Under the pieces are notes generated by a model. That model worked only from the letters and a program-made list of their open reading frames with translations. It did not search any database and was not told the origin of the DNA. The position numbers and the translations under genes are program-made. From Macrostomum lignano (Eukaryota), in NCBI GenBank assembly GCA_002269645.1, contig NIVC01003749.1, positions 15,046 to 79,045 of the forward strand: 64,000 nt of DNA, in the 5' to 3' direction. Shown here piece after piece: positions 12,701-25,100 of the stretch. The stretch's first letter is position 1; each line of letters starts with the position of its first letter.

Positions 12701-14077
12701 ATTTTATAGTTATAAAATAAGATATAAGTGAAGAATTTACTAGCATTAGAAATTGAAAAGTTGATTCTTACCTGTTAGTGATTTTAAGTATATTGAATAT
12801 GCCTTCTAAGACTGAGACTGATTGACTTAACATTTTTTAATTACTAGATGGGAAATCCTTGATTTTTCTTCCCATTCTATTTAGCTTGTATCTACATAAA
12901 ATTATTACTCTTTTTAGTATAAAATTTTCTTTATTTCTCCTTTAATTTTTTATGTAATCAATTAGTGGAAATGCAAACTAAAGATTTGGGATTAGCATAA
13001 AGGTTAAATAATGCTAGACAGTTTTTAAATAAAAAATAGGACTCAACAGGCTATAACTTAAGTATAGTTATCAAATAATAATATAGTAGATATATTTATT
13101 AGGTATACAAAGCACCCACAATAAAAAGAGGATTCTGAACTTAAGAGTCAAAATGGAGCCTAAAAGATTTGGTCCCAATTTCTCTATGCCATTTACTATT
13201 CATTTACTAAATCCATTTACTATTGGAAAATATTGATTGACACAATATTTGACCGTCTTTATGGACACTACCGGCGACGTTTGAGCTACCTACGTACATG
13301 TATCAAATCATGTTGCATTTAAAGCCCATTGTTCATAGACAACTGCCGTGCCCCTAGGCATATGAGTGGTAGATTACTAGGAACATGGCCACCGTGTCCC
13401 TATACACAGAGCTAGGGACACGGCAGCCGTGCCGCAAGTCCACACAGCTAAAGACACAGCCGCCGTGGCTCTAGGCATAGAGTAGCATGGTAGCTAGGGA
13501 CACGGCGGCCATGTCCTTAGACATAGAGTTAGAGGCACGGCCACCATGTCCCTAGTCATGGCATTTTTAAAACCTCTCTTCTTTTCTTTTCATATCTCAT
13601 CTGTTCTTTCCTCTCTTTTCTCTTCTTTTTTCTTATCTTTCTTTTTTATCTTATCTTTATTCTTTTTTTACTCTTTTCTCTTGTTTCTGTTCTGTAAGGT
13701 TTATTTATTGTAAAATTAACAAAACGGCAAGCCATGTTAAGTACTGTCATGTCATATTATACTAGCCCTAGACTAGCCTTGCTTAGTCTAGGACTAAGAT
13801 TTAGAAAGAATAATATCTAGCTAGATAAAACTTATACAATAATTAAATAAATTCTAAATAAATGAATCTAATATAAAAAGCAAATAAATTCAGTAATTTA
13901 AATTCAGGATATATAGCAATAAGTTTCTTATAACCAGAGAAAAGCATAAAATTTACCTCGAGGTACTTTTCCAGTTCCATTGCATGTTGGACAGTTTACT
14001 CCAGTAACTAGCTCCTCATATTGGGGCATACCATGGGCATGATTGACAGAATCATTCTCTAAGCTGGAGGATTGCAT
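9719..14077 (-). CDS. TMEM106: TMEM106 family protein; exons 14077-13957, 11714-11279, 10007-9719; about 281 aa
   Basis: CPTCNGTGKVP motif; VALIPLSDKRLKPRRT followed by TM and LLPRS; lumenal beta domain ending QIVNC. GT-AG sites and phases (1, 2) are consistent. Confidence 0.9.
10075..11270. repeat. 36/34-bp minisatellite (ctcaatgaagataaacacaatctcaagggtgagatt) filling TMEM106 intron 2
   Basis: Visible tandem units. Confidence 0.96.
11816..12601. mobile_element. Non-autonomous TIR element (MITE), 17-bp TIR ggctcattccatataag, 4-bp TSD atct
   Basis: Perfect inverted termini at 11816-11832 and 12585-12601; atct on both flanks; internal repeated gttacgaccat motif. Confidence 0.82.
13325..13560. 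repeat. Array of alternating inverted motifs (ccgtgtcccta / tagggacacgg) forming serial hairpins
   Basis: For example ccgtgtcccta-tacacagagc-tagggacacgg, with several degenerate neighbours. Confidence 0.75.
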
Positions 14078-16165
14078 TTTCGAAAGTTTGGTTATATCAA
14101 ATTATATCAAGTATATCTACTAAGAAATAATCCCTTACACTACTAGTTACGTAGCGTTTTCTTTCTATATAAAAGTTTATAGAAGTGGCTCTTAGCCTAT
14201 ACCGAAAAAATACAATAACTGACTTCGACTAGCCAGTAGAAACTGTTAACCGGTAAGTTTATTGCTTCAAAAGTATTTTAGATATCAATATTTTTTAAAC
14301 CTCAGTTACTTAAACCTCGTCTTAAATTTTTATTTGGATCTATAAACCATCATTTTGGTGGGTTACTAACTGAACTGAACAAAAAATCATGTCAGCTTTC
14401 GAAGAAAACCTATACTTTTGAAATTTTAATATAGTTATAAAGTTTAACAAATATAAACTATAAATTTGCGTTAATAACTTGCGCAAAACATCAACATTTA
14501 CTATAAGTAGAGAGAACTAAAGGTATTTTTTTTCCTTTTTTTCTCTAAAAGAATTTTTTAATATTTGAAACTTCTAGCCACCTTTCGTAATTCCTTTGCC
14601 TGTACAGAAAATAATTATGTTAATTTATAGTAAACTTGTACTAAACCTTCACCAACTTACCGAATCGTATGCAGTCAAAATTTAATTCGAGAAATTTCTG
14701 CGATAAGTATATTTCAAATATAGTAAATCGATGAATTCCCGCGTGTAATTTGTAGAACATTCTTTCTTACGGCAAAAGCTAACATGATAATGCACTCGCA
14801 ATTCCCTATCTTGCGAGCTTTAGTCAACAAACCTAAGAACCTTCCCACCTCGTTTTTTTTGTTTGCTCCCTACAAATTTAGTCGATATCCTATTCGGGAT
14901 GATTGTTACCGGTATACGCTCGTTCTCGTGAAAACCTAAAAATGATTTTTACATAGAGGGGCTAATGGGGACAATTGTGTAGTTGCGCTTTATTTAGGAA
15001 TAAATTTTCCAATAATGAAGCTATTGTTACAATCCTACTTAATCCTTATTGAGTAGTCCTTTCATTACATATGATTCCCAATTGTACCACTACCATCACA
15101 ATCAAAACTTCAAACCCGAACGTAGGCCTTGAAATAAAAATTAAAAACAGTAATGCGCCTTTTACAGAAACATTTTATCGATAGTTTTGCAATAAAGGTA
15201 TGTAATTGCACTTGAAAAGCACACTCTTATATAAATCAAGTTTATATTAAAAAGCCTAAAGTTAGAGATTAAAAAATAGACGATTTTTGTTATATAGAAA
15301 TCAAAAAGTATTTAGTTGAAAAAAATCTGCTAGAAGAGATTTTGGCGCAATGGCGAGCCAAATATTTTTCTTAGTTTAAGTCTGTAGTTTCCTCTGATAA
15401 TTCATTGAATTCAACTTACAGTACGAATTGGTGCCGTTAAAATATGATGAAGCTGTCGAAAAATAGCTATAGGGTTTTAATAAAAAATATATACTCAAAA
15501 TATACTTGTTTAAGGACATATAGGATTGTGTAAGACAAGGACGAAGGACTATGCATGGACTTCTATGCATGGCATGCTAAGTATAGAAGTCCATGGACTA
15601 TGTCTACTAACAATATAGCTATAGTCTATCAAGCGCTCCTATTTTAGCATATTGTCTATGGTATTGTGTTGCATTTCACACACCCCCGCTTGCACTGGTG
15701 CATGTGTCTATGGTATTGTGTTGCATGTCACATATCCCCAATGTAATTTTAAAACCAAAAGTTTACGAAAATCGATTATTGTCAAAAATGTGCGACATAA
15801 AAAGTAAAAAAATTGGTTGTGCACATCAGCAAAAATCAGTTCAAAAACAGGAAAAATCAACTCAACAAGCTAGAGAACGATCGACCAGCGGTGAATACGA
15901 TTGTACAATATTATAACAAAACTGGTCATGTAAACGAAATAAATAGTATAGGTACACAGAAGAATAAATAGAGATAGAGCTTCATAACTTTGTTCCTTAT
16001 ATATAGGTTAGAAAAGGAAAAATACAATAAAAAACTGAGATTACAAACTTCTGTCCAAGAAGTTGTCCGTAAAATGTTCTTTAATTTCCTTTTTTTCCTC
16101 CGAGTCTCTCTATTCGGACGGTTTTATAAACTATAGGAATTCCATCAAGTGACGTCATGGGTAGG

Positions 16166-19100
16166 TCAGAAGTAGGTCAGATCTCTGGTGTCGTGCCTGC
16201 CGAACTGTCTCAGACTGATGTCACCTTCGGGATCGGCCGGTGGCTCTAAAAACATAAAGAGAAAAACATCTTAGTTTCAATTGACATTATTGACAGCATT
16301 AGTTTTGATAGCAAACAACAGTTGTAGGCAGATAGAAGTTGACAGACACTGCAATTTTGACAAAAATTATAGTAGATTTATACGAGCGCGTAAATTTTTG
16401 TATACGATCCCTACTTATAAACAGATCGACAAGTGAAAACGGTTTTATAGCACATCTATATTCAATGAAAAGTAAATTTCTATTGATAATAATCTATTAA
16501 TCAAAGAGTACAGAATGAAAGCTTTCAGTGATAAAAATAGGTCACTTATAAACTTTATGGGGGTCACTGTGGTGGAAGGCGCTGCAGGATCAAGGAGAGT
16601 CACTGGCGGGAAAGCACTGCAGGATCAAGGAGAGTCACTGGCGGCAAGGCACTGCAGGATCAAGGAGAGTCTGGCGGGAAGGCACTGCAGGATCAAGGAG
16701 AGTCACTGGCGGCAAGGCACTGCAGGATCAAGGAGAGTCTGGCGGGAAGGCACTGCAGGATCAAGGAGAGTCACTGGCGGGAAGGCACTGAAGGATCAAG
16801 GAGAGTCACTGGCGGGAAGGCACTGCAGGATCAAGGAGAGTCACTGGCGGGAAGGCACTGCAGGATCAAAGGGGGGTCACTGGAAGGAAGGCACTGCAGG
16901 ATCAAGGAGAGTCTGGCGGGAAGGCACTGCAGGATCAAGGAGAGTCACTGGCGGGAAGGCACTGAAGGATCAAGGAGAGTCACTGGCGGGAAGGCACTGC
17001 AGGATCAAGGAGAGTCACTGGCGGGAAGGCACTGCAGGATCAAAGGGGGGTCACTGGAAGGAAGGCACTGCAGGATCAAGGAGAGTCTGGCGGGAAGGCA
17101 CTGCAGGATCAAGGAGAGTCACTGGCGGGAAGGCACTGAAGGATCAAGGAGAGTCTGGCGGGAAGGCACTGCAGGATCAAGGAGAGTCACTGGCGGGAAG
17201 GCACTGAAGGATCAAGGAGAGTCACTGGCGGGAAGGCACTGCAGGATCAAGGAGAGTCACTGATTGCCAACAAAAACGATAGCATTAGCTAGCTAAACAT
17301 GAATCTGAAATGCACTGCCAGACCAGGTGATCCCAGATACTCTGGAATGGCATTGAGGCCTCCAGCTGACGGTGGCGGCTTTACAGGGTGCAGAATTCGT
17401 TCGCCTTTCTTGGAGCCTGTCAGTTAAAGTGCAGAGCAGCGCGCAGAGGTTAGGGTAAAATAGTGTAAGCATCTATAAGCTTTTGTTATTAAACTAAATA
17501 CATTGCTTTAAAATGCTTGAACAGCCTGGCTTAAAGTGCATGAGGGCCACATGCGGCCCGCAGGTCTTTTGAGCGTTCATAATTGCAATCCGGCCTGCTC
17601 AAGGTTTGTCCCTTCTCAGCTCTCTTCTCTCTAATCGGTTCTCTCATCTTTTATCTCATCTTTCATCTCCTCCTTCTTATTCTCAGTGGTCTAGAAAAAC
17701 TGTTAGAAAGCATGTAAGTTTAGGTAAACGATTTTACAAGTTATTGTTATCGGTTATTATAAATTAGCAAAAAAGCAAACCAAACGCATATAGTCCGTAT
17801 ACATGTAAAAGTGCATGCAGGTGTTTTTGCTATCGAATCAGCTAATACTCCCTATATTGATGGACGATTTTTATGGTTTGACAGCGTGAAATTTTAAGGA
17901 TTCAACATTCATTGGTTATAGCGCTTGGTTTGCGCAATAAAACACATAAAAGTACACAATGTAATTCTCACAATAAAGTACATTCCATAAAGTAGTGCGA
18001 GTGTCTATGGGACTTAAAAGTACTCGTATATTTGGGCCCTGAAGTATACAGCTAGATAAAAAGTAAAAACTCGGCCTAAAGTCCAGCCTAAAGCTAAAAG
18101 TACACCCAACCAAAAAGTACAACCGTAGCCTAAAAGTACAAAATCAACCTAAAAGTACTCACCGCCGCCCTCTTTTTTTCTCCGACGGCGTTTATCGCCG
18201 CGACGCGACGGCGAGGAGTTGTCGCCAAACGGCTGATAGCCGCGGTCTCCGTCAGACTCTTCACCGTCGTCCTCGGAGACGGAGCGCTGATCATCCACGG
18301 CGGCCGCGGCAGCAGGCTGTTCCTCGTCCTTCTGCTTCCTGCGACTGTCCCGTCGTTGACGTCGGTTACGTCGCGGCTGACTGTCCCCGGTGGCAGCGGC
18401 GGCGGCGGAGGCATCAACAGCCTCGTCCTCGACGATGACGTCATCGCCGCCGCGTTTGTTGCGCCGACGCTGATGACGACGCTTCTCCTTGGCGTCGTTA
18501 AGCTGCGGATCGCTGCCCCGATGGCTTAGCTCGGCCATAGAAACTTTGTCCGGTGCGCTGCCGCTGGAGAGATTGCAAAAATTTATTTTACAAAAAATCC
18601 GTTCCTCACTATGCTACTGACAATAAGTAGAAATGCAAAGAACATGCAGTTATAATAAGTCAGGAAATGGAAAAAAGTTCGGTAGGAAAAAATGCAGAAA
18701 AACGGCGTCATTACCAACCTGAGACAGTTTCTAACGGTAATTTTCCGAACCCTATTTACTCGAATAAAAAGGACTTTGAATCGCTATAAACACCATACTG
18801 AAAAAAATAAACTACAGGAAAGTAAAACGATAGGAATAACATCGCAAAATACATGCATAGACAACATTTAAAACAACGAAGACATTTTCCGCCAGCTTTC
18901 TGGCTCTGAGAGCACCCACTGTTTTCGCTGGGGCAGGCTGGCAACGCTGCAGCTGGAGTCTTCGCCATCCGATATTGCGCTTGAGTGCAATGGTAAATCG
19001 ATCAATGATTAGATGTAAAATTTCCGGGTTTGTTGATAATTGTTATAGTACACTCAGAAATCAATTTTTTAAAATACTCACTTAATATTGCCCGAACTCA

Positions 19101-22100
19101 GAATCTTGGGCACGCGGTATCGTTCACGCCTGATTTGCAGTTGCACCAGCGATGGAACATCCGGTATGACAGAGCTGATGAAGTACTTCAGCCCCAGAAC
19201 CACATTCTGCGGGTTGGATTCAAGGGTTATTTGAGTCTGCAGTACGAGTTCAACTGGCTGGGAAAATAAGATCAAGTATCAGGACAGCTAGATGGAGTTT
19301 CGTGGAGATTAGATGGACTCTCAGTGATATTAGGCATTGTCTCGCTGAGAATAGATGGAGTCTCAGTGAGATCAGATGAATTATCATTAGACTAGTGAGG
19401 GAGATAAAATTGAATCTGAGGCAGATTAGATGGAATCTGAGGGAGATTAGATAGAGTCTGAGAGATATTAGATAGAGTCTGAGAGAGATTAGATAGAGTC
19501 TGAGAGAGATTAGATAGAGTCTGAGGGAGATTAGATAGAGTTTGAGAGAGATTTGATAGATAGAGTCAGAGGTAGATTAGATGGAATCTGAGGGAGATTA
19601 GATGGAATCTGAGGGAGATAAGATGGAATCTGAGGGAGATAAGATGGAATCTGAGGTAGATTAGATGGAATCTGAGGTAGATTAGATGGAACCTGAGGTA
19701 GATTAGATGGAATCTGAGGGAGATTAGATAGAGCCTGAGGTAGATTAGATCGAGTCTGAGGTAGATTTGATAGATAGAGTCAGAGGTAGATTAGATGGAA
19801 TCTGAGGTAGATTAGATGGAATCTGAGGGAGATTAGATGGAATCTGAGGGAGATAAGATGGAATCTGAGGGAGATTAGATGGAATATGAGGGAGATTAGA
19901 TGGAATCTGAGGTAGATTAGATGGAATCTGAGGGAGATTAGATGGAATCTGAGGTAGATTAGATGGAATCTGAGGTAGATTAGATGGAATCTGAGGTAGA
20001 TTAGATTGAATCAGAGGGTTGATTGAATGGAATCTGATGGAGATTAGATGAAATCTGATGGAAATTAGATGGAATCTGAGGTAGATTAGATGGAATCTGA
20101 GGTAGATTAGATGGAACCTGAGGTAGATTAGATGGAATCTGAGGGAGATTAGATAGAGCCTGAGGTAGATTAGATCGAGTCTGAGGTAGATTTGATAGAC
20201 AGAGTCAGAGGTAGATTAGATGGAATCTGAGGTAGATTAGATGGAATCTGAGGGAGATTAGATGGAATCTGAGGGAGATTAGATGGAATCTGAGGGAGAT
20301 TAGATGGAATATGAGGGAGATTAGATGGAATCTGAGGTAGATTAGATAGAATCTGAGGTAGATTAGATGGAATCTGAGGGAGATTAGATGGAATCTGAGG
20401 TAGATTAGATAGAATCTGAGGTAGATTAGATGGAATCTGAGGGAGATTAGATGGAATCTGAGGTAGATTAGATAGAATCTGAGGTAGATTAGATGGAATC
20501 TGAGGGAGATTAGATGGAATCTGAGGTAGATTAGATGGAATCTGAGGTAGATTAGATGGAATCTGAGGTAGATTAGATTGAATCAGAGGGTTGATTGAAT
20601 GGAATCTGATGGAGATTAGATGAAATCTGATGGAAATTAGATGGAATCTGAGGTAGATTAGATAGAATCTGAGGTAGATTAGATAGAATCTGAGGTAGAT
20701 TAGATAAAATCTGATGTAGATTAGATGGAATCTGAGGGAGATTAGATGGAATCTGAGGTAGATTAGATGGAATCTGAGATAGATTAGATTGAATCAGAGG
20801 GTTGATTGAATGGAATCTGATGGAGATTAGATGAAATCTGATGGAAATTAGATGGAATCTGAGGGAGATTAGATGGAATCTGAGGGAGATAAGATGGAAT
20901 CTGAGGGAGATTAGATGGAATCTGAGGGAGATTAGATGGAATCTGGAGGGAGATCAGATGAAGTCTCAGTGAGAGTAAGTAGATGAGACTGGGTGCAGCG
21001 AATTCATCACAGAAAGTTACCTCAACCAGCAGCACAATGGCCAACTTGGAGGTCATATTGTTATACGTAGCCGCGAATTCATCCCTTCGAATCCAGGAGG
21101 CTGTAAAAGCGATGAGGCAGGCGTTGCTAATCACCCCGGCAACGTTCATGAACTCCACAATGTCGTGCCAGATGCCGATATTCTGCGAGATCATCGCCAC
21201 GGGTCGGCGGAAGTTCCACAGCATCCGGTGGGCGTCGGTGGAGATGTCGAACAGGTTGGTGAGCAAGGCGATTAGCGGGGCCAGTGGGAAGGAGGCCGCA
21301 AACAGCTGTTGAGCAGGTTGGGGTTGGGGTGGGTTTATGTTGTCAGTTTTTAGCTACTGAAAGTAGCAGAAGTAGCGTTTTTTAAACGGATTTATCTCAT
21401 ACCTCTTCCAACATCGGGATTTTCGTCGGGATCTCCCAATATTGGCAATCGGGATTTACATAGGGATTTCCCAATTTTAGGATTCAGGATTTGTGTCGAG
21501 ATCTCCCAATATTGAGATTCGGGATTTATGTCGGGATTTCCCAATTTTCTGATTCGGGATTTTCCAATATTGGTTTTGGGAATTTCCGTCAGGATCTCCC
21601 AATATTGAGATTCGGGATTTATGTCGGGATCTTCCAAGGTTGGGATTCGGGATTTATGTCGGGATTTCCCAATTTTCTGATTCGGGATTTATGTCGGGAT
21701 TTTCCAATATTGGTTTTGAGAATTTCCGTCAGGATCTCCCAATATTGAGTTTCAGGATTTATGTCGCGATCTCGCCATATTGGGATTCGGAATTTACGTC
21801 ATGATCTTACGAATTTGGAATTCAGGAGTTACGTTGGGATCTTCCAATATTTGGATTCGGTGCGGGACCCACCTAGAGCCTAGTTGAAACTGGTTGATGT
21901 TGCCAGTGCACAGCCTATACACTCCGCTATAGTAAGTCAAGCTCTAATTATCCAAAAAACCAACGCACCAGTAAGTAGCCGAACTGGATAATCTTCTCCA
22001 TGTATTCCTCGATGGTGAAATTTCCTAGCGAAAATTTCTGATACTCGTTCACAATGTAGGCGTTAACGTCTGTGGGTCTGGACAAATTGGATTCTCCAGT

Positions 22101-25100
22101 GTCCACCTGACTGCGGCTGCAACGCTTCTTGAGCGAGCGGAAAAGGCGCATCAGGTAACTGCAGGGTTTTGTGGGTGCATGCGGTACTAGTGCACTCGAG
22201 GACAACTATTAAAGACATCTTTTTGAGACACCTCTTGAAGACACCTCTTGAAGACACCCTCTTGAGACCCCTCTTTGAGACACTTCTTAAAGACACTTCT
22301 TGAAGAGACTTCTTGAAGACACCTCTAAAAGACACCTCTTAAAGACACTTCTTAAAGACACTTCTTGAAGAGACTTCTTGAAGACACCTCTAAAAGACAC
22401 CTCTTAAAGACACTTCTTGAAGACACTTCAAGAAGACACCTCTTGAAGACACCTCTTTGAGACACCTCTTGAAAACACCTCTTTGAGACACCTCTTGAAA
22501 ACACCTCTTTGAGACACCTCTTGAAAACACCTCTTTGAGACACCTCTTGAAGACACCTCTTGAAGACACCTCTTTGAGACACCTCTTGAAAACACCTCTT
22601 TGAGACACCTCTTGAAGACACCTCTTGAAGACACCTCTTTGAGATACCTCTTGAAAACACCTCTTTGAGACACCTCTTAAAGACACCTCTTGAAAGCACC
22701 TCATTAAAACACCTCTTGAAGACACAACCTATAGACACCTGAAGACATCTCTTGAAGAAACCCAAGGCTACTTAATTCAACTTGTTACTACTTATGCTAT
22801 TAAGTAGTCCTTGAAGAAACCCCCTGAAGACAACACCTAAAGACATCTTGCAGAATGCCTTGAGAAATGAAAGAATTGAGACACCTCATAAAAATGATCT
22901 CAGACATCAGATGAATCGAACGGTTTCAAAACAACTCACGGAATGACGTGGTCCATCAGTAATTTTGGCATCGGCTTGGCAATCATCAGGATGAGCACCT
23001 GCAGTGACAGCATTGACATGCAGTTTCCATCGGTGCCGCAGGTGTCCACAAATTCTTTTCCAAGACCAAAAATTCCATTTGGCGGCATGAAAATGTTGTC
23101 CTAAAATTCGGGCAGCGTATTATATGGTCATACTCGAGAATTCCATAAATTTTCAAAATGTTACGCAAGTTTGACCCGACATTTGACTCACCCCCCGAAA
23201 GAAAGCGATGTAGAACAGCGAACTATAGGAGTTAGCGAATTGGAAAGCAAACAGTTTCAGAATCAGAGCGTTGTCGTATTCGGTTTGAGTTCGATGGTTT
23301 TCTGAAATGCAAGGATTAGTTGAAGAAACGTTTTGAGCTTTTTTAGATGAGAGGTGCAGTGACGCCAAGAGGGAAGTTGTAGTGACGCCAAGAGGGAAGT
23401 TGCAGTGACGCCAAGAGGGAAGTTGCAGTGACGCCAAGAGGGAAGTTGTAGTGACGCCAAGAGGGAAGTTGTAGTGACGCCAAGAGGGAAGTTGCAGTGA
23501 CGCCAAGAGGGAAGTTGTAGTGACGCTAAGGTGGGAGTGTAGTGACGCTAAGGTGGGAGTGTAGTGACGCTAAGGTGGGAGTGCAGTGACGCTAAGGTGG
23601 GAGTGCAGTGACGCTAAGATGGGAGTGTTAATGACGCTAAGGTGGGAGTGTAGTGACGCTAAGGTGGGAGTGTAATGACGCTAAGGTGGGAGTGCAGTGA
23701 CACTAAGGTGGGAGTGTAATGACGCTAAGGTGGGAGTGCAGTGACACTAAGGTGGGAGTGTAGTGACGCTAAGGTGGGAGTGTAATGACGCTAAGGTGGG
23801 AGTGCAGTGACACTAAGGTGGGAGTGTAGTGACGCTAAGGTGGGAGTGCAGTGACACTAAGGTGGGAGTGTAGTGACGCTAAGGTGGGAGTGTAGTGACG
23901 CTAAGGTGGGAGTGCAGTGACGCTAAGGTGGGAGTGCAGTGACGCTAAGATGGGAGTGTTAATGACGCTAAGGTGGGAGTGTAGTGACGCTAAGGTGGGA
24001 GTGTAATGACGCTAAGGTGGGAGTGCAGTGACACTAAGGTGGGAGTGTAATGACGCTAAGGTGGGAGTGCAGTGACACTAAGGTGGGAGTGTAGTGACGC
24101 TAAGGTGGGAGTGTAATGACGCTAAGGTGGGAGTGCAGTGACACTAAGGTGGGAGTGTAGTGACGCTAAGGTGGGAGTGCAGTGACACTAAGGTGGGAGT
24201 GTAGTGACGCTAAGGTGGGAGTGTAGTGACGCTAAGGTGGGAGTGCAGTGACGCTAAGGTGGGAGTGCAGTGACGCTAAGATGGGAGTGTTAATGACGCT
24301 AAGGTGGGAGTGTAGTGACGCTAAGATGGGAGTGTAATGACGCTAAGATGGGAGTGCAGTGACACTAAGGTGGGAGTGTAATGACGCTAAGATGGGAGTG
24401 CAGTGACACTAAGGTGGGAGTGTAGTGACGCTAAGGTGGGAGTGTAGTGACGCTAAGGTGGGAGTGCAGTGACGCTAAGGTGGGAGTGCAGTGACGCTAA
24501 GGTGAGAGTGCAGTGACGCTAAGGTGGGAGTGCAGTGACGCTAAGATGGGAGTGTAATGACGCTAAGGTGGGAGTGTCGTGACGCTAAGGTGGGAGTGCA
24601 GTGACGCTAAGGTGGGAGTGTAGTGACGCTAAGATGGGAGTGCAGTGACGCTAAGATGGGAGTGTAATGACGCTAAGATGGGAGTGCAGTGACGCTAAGA
24701 TGGGAGTGCAGTGACACTAAGGTGGGAGTGCAGTGACACTAAGGTGGGAGTGCAGTGACGCTAAGGTGGGAGTGTAGTGACGCTAAGGTGGGAGTGCAGT
24801 GACACTAAGATGGGAGTGTAGTGACGCCAAGAGAAAAGTTGTAGTGACGCTAAGGTGGGAGTGCAGTGACGCTAAGGTGGGAGTGCAGTGACGCTAAGGT
24901 GGGAGTGCAGTGACACTAAGGTGGGAATGTAGTGACACTTAAGGTGGGAATGTAGTGACGCTAAGATGGGAGTGTTAATGACGCTAAGGTGGGAGTGCAG
25001 TGATGCTAGGAGTGTAATGATGCAGTGACAACCGTGAATCTAATTGCAAACTCACCCCAGTTAGTCAGAGTGTAGGCAATCCTATCGTAAACCTGGAAAT

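Noticed and set aside
16515-17207. 230-aa + strand ORF
   Set aside because: Satellite in an anoctamin intron, antisense to the gene.
18149-18538. Standalone 129-aa gene starting MAELSHR
   Set aside because: It has an upstream acceptor and phase-compatible donors, so it fits as an internal anoctamin tail exon.
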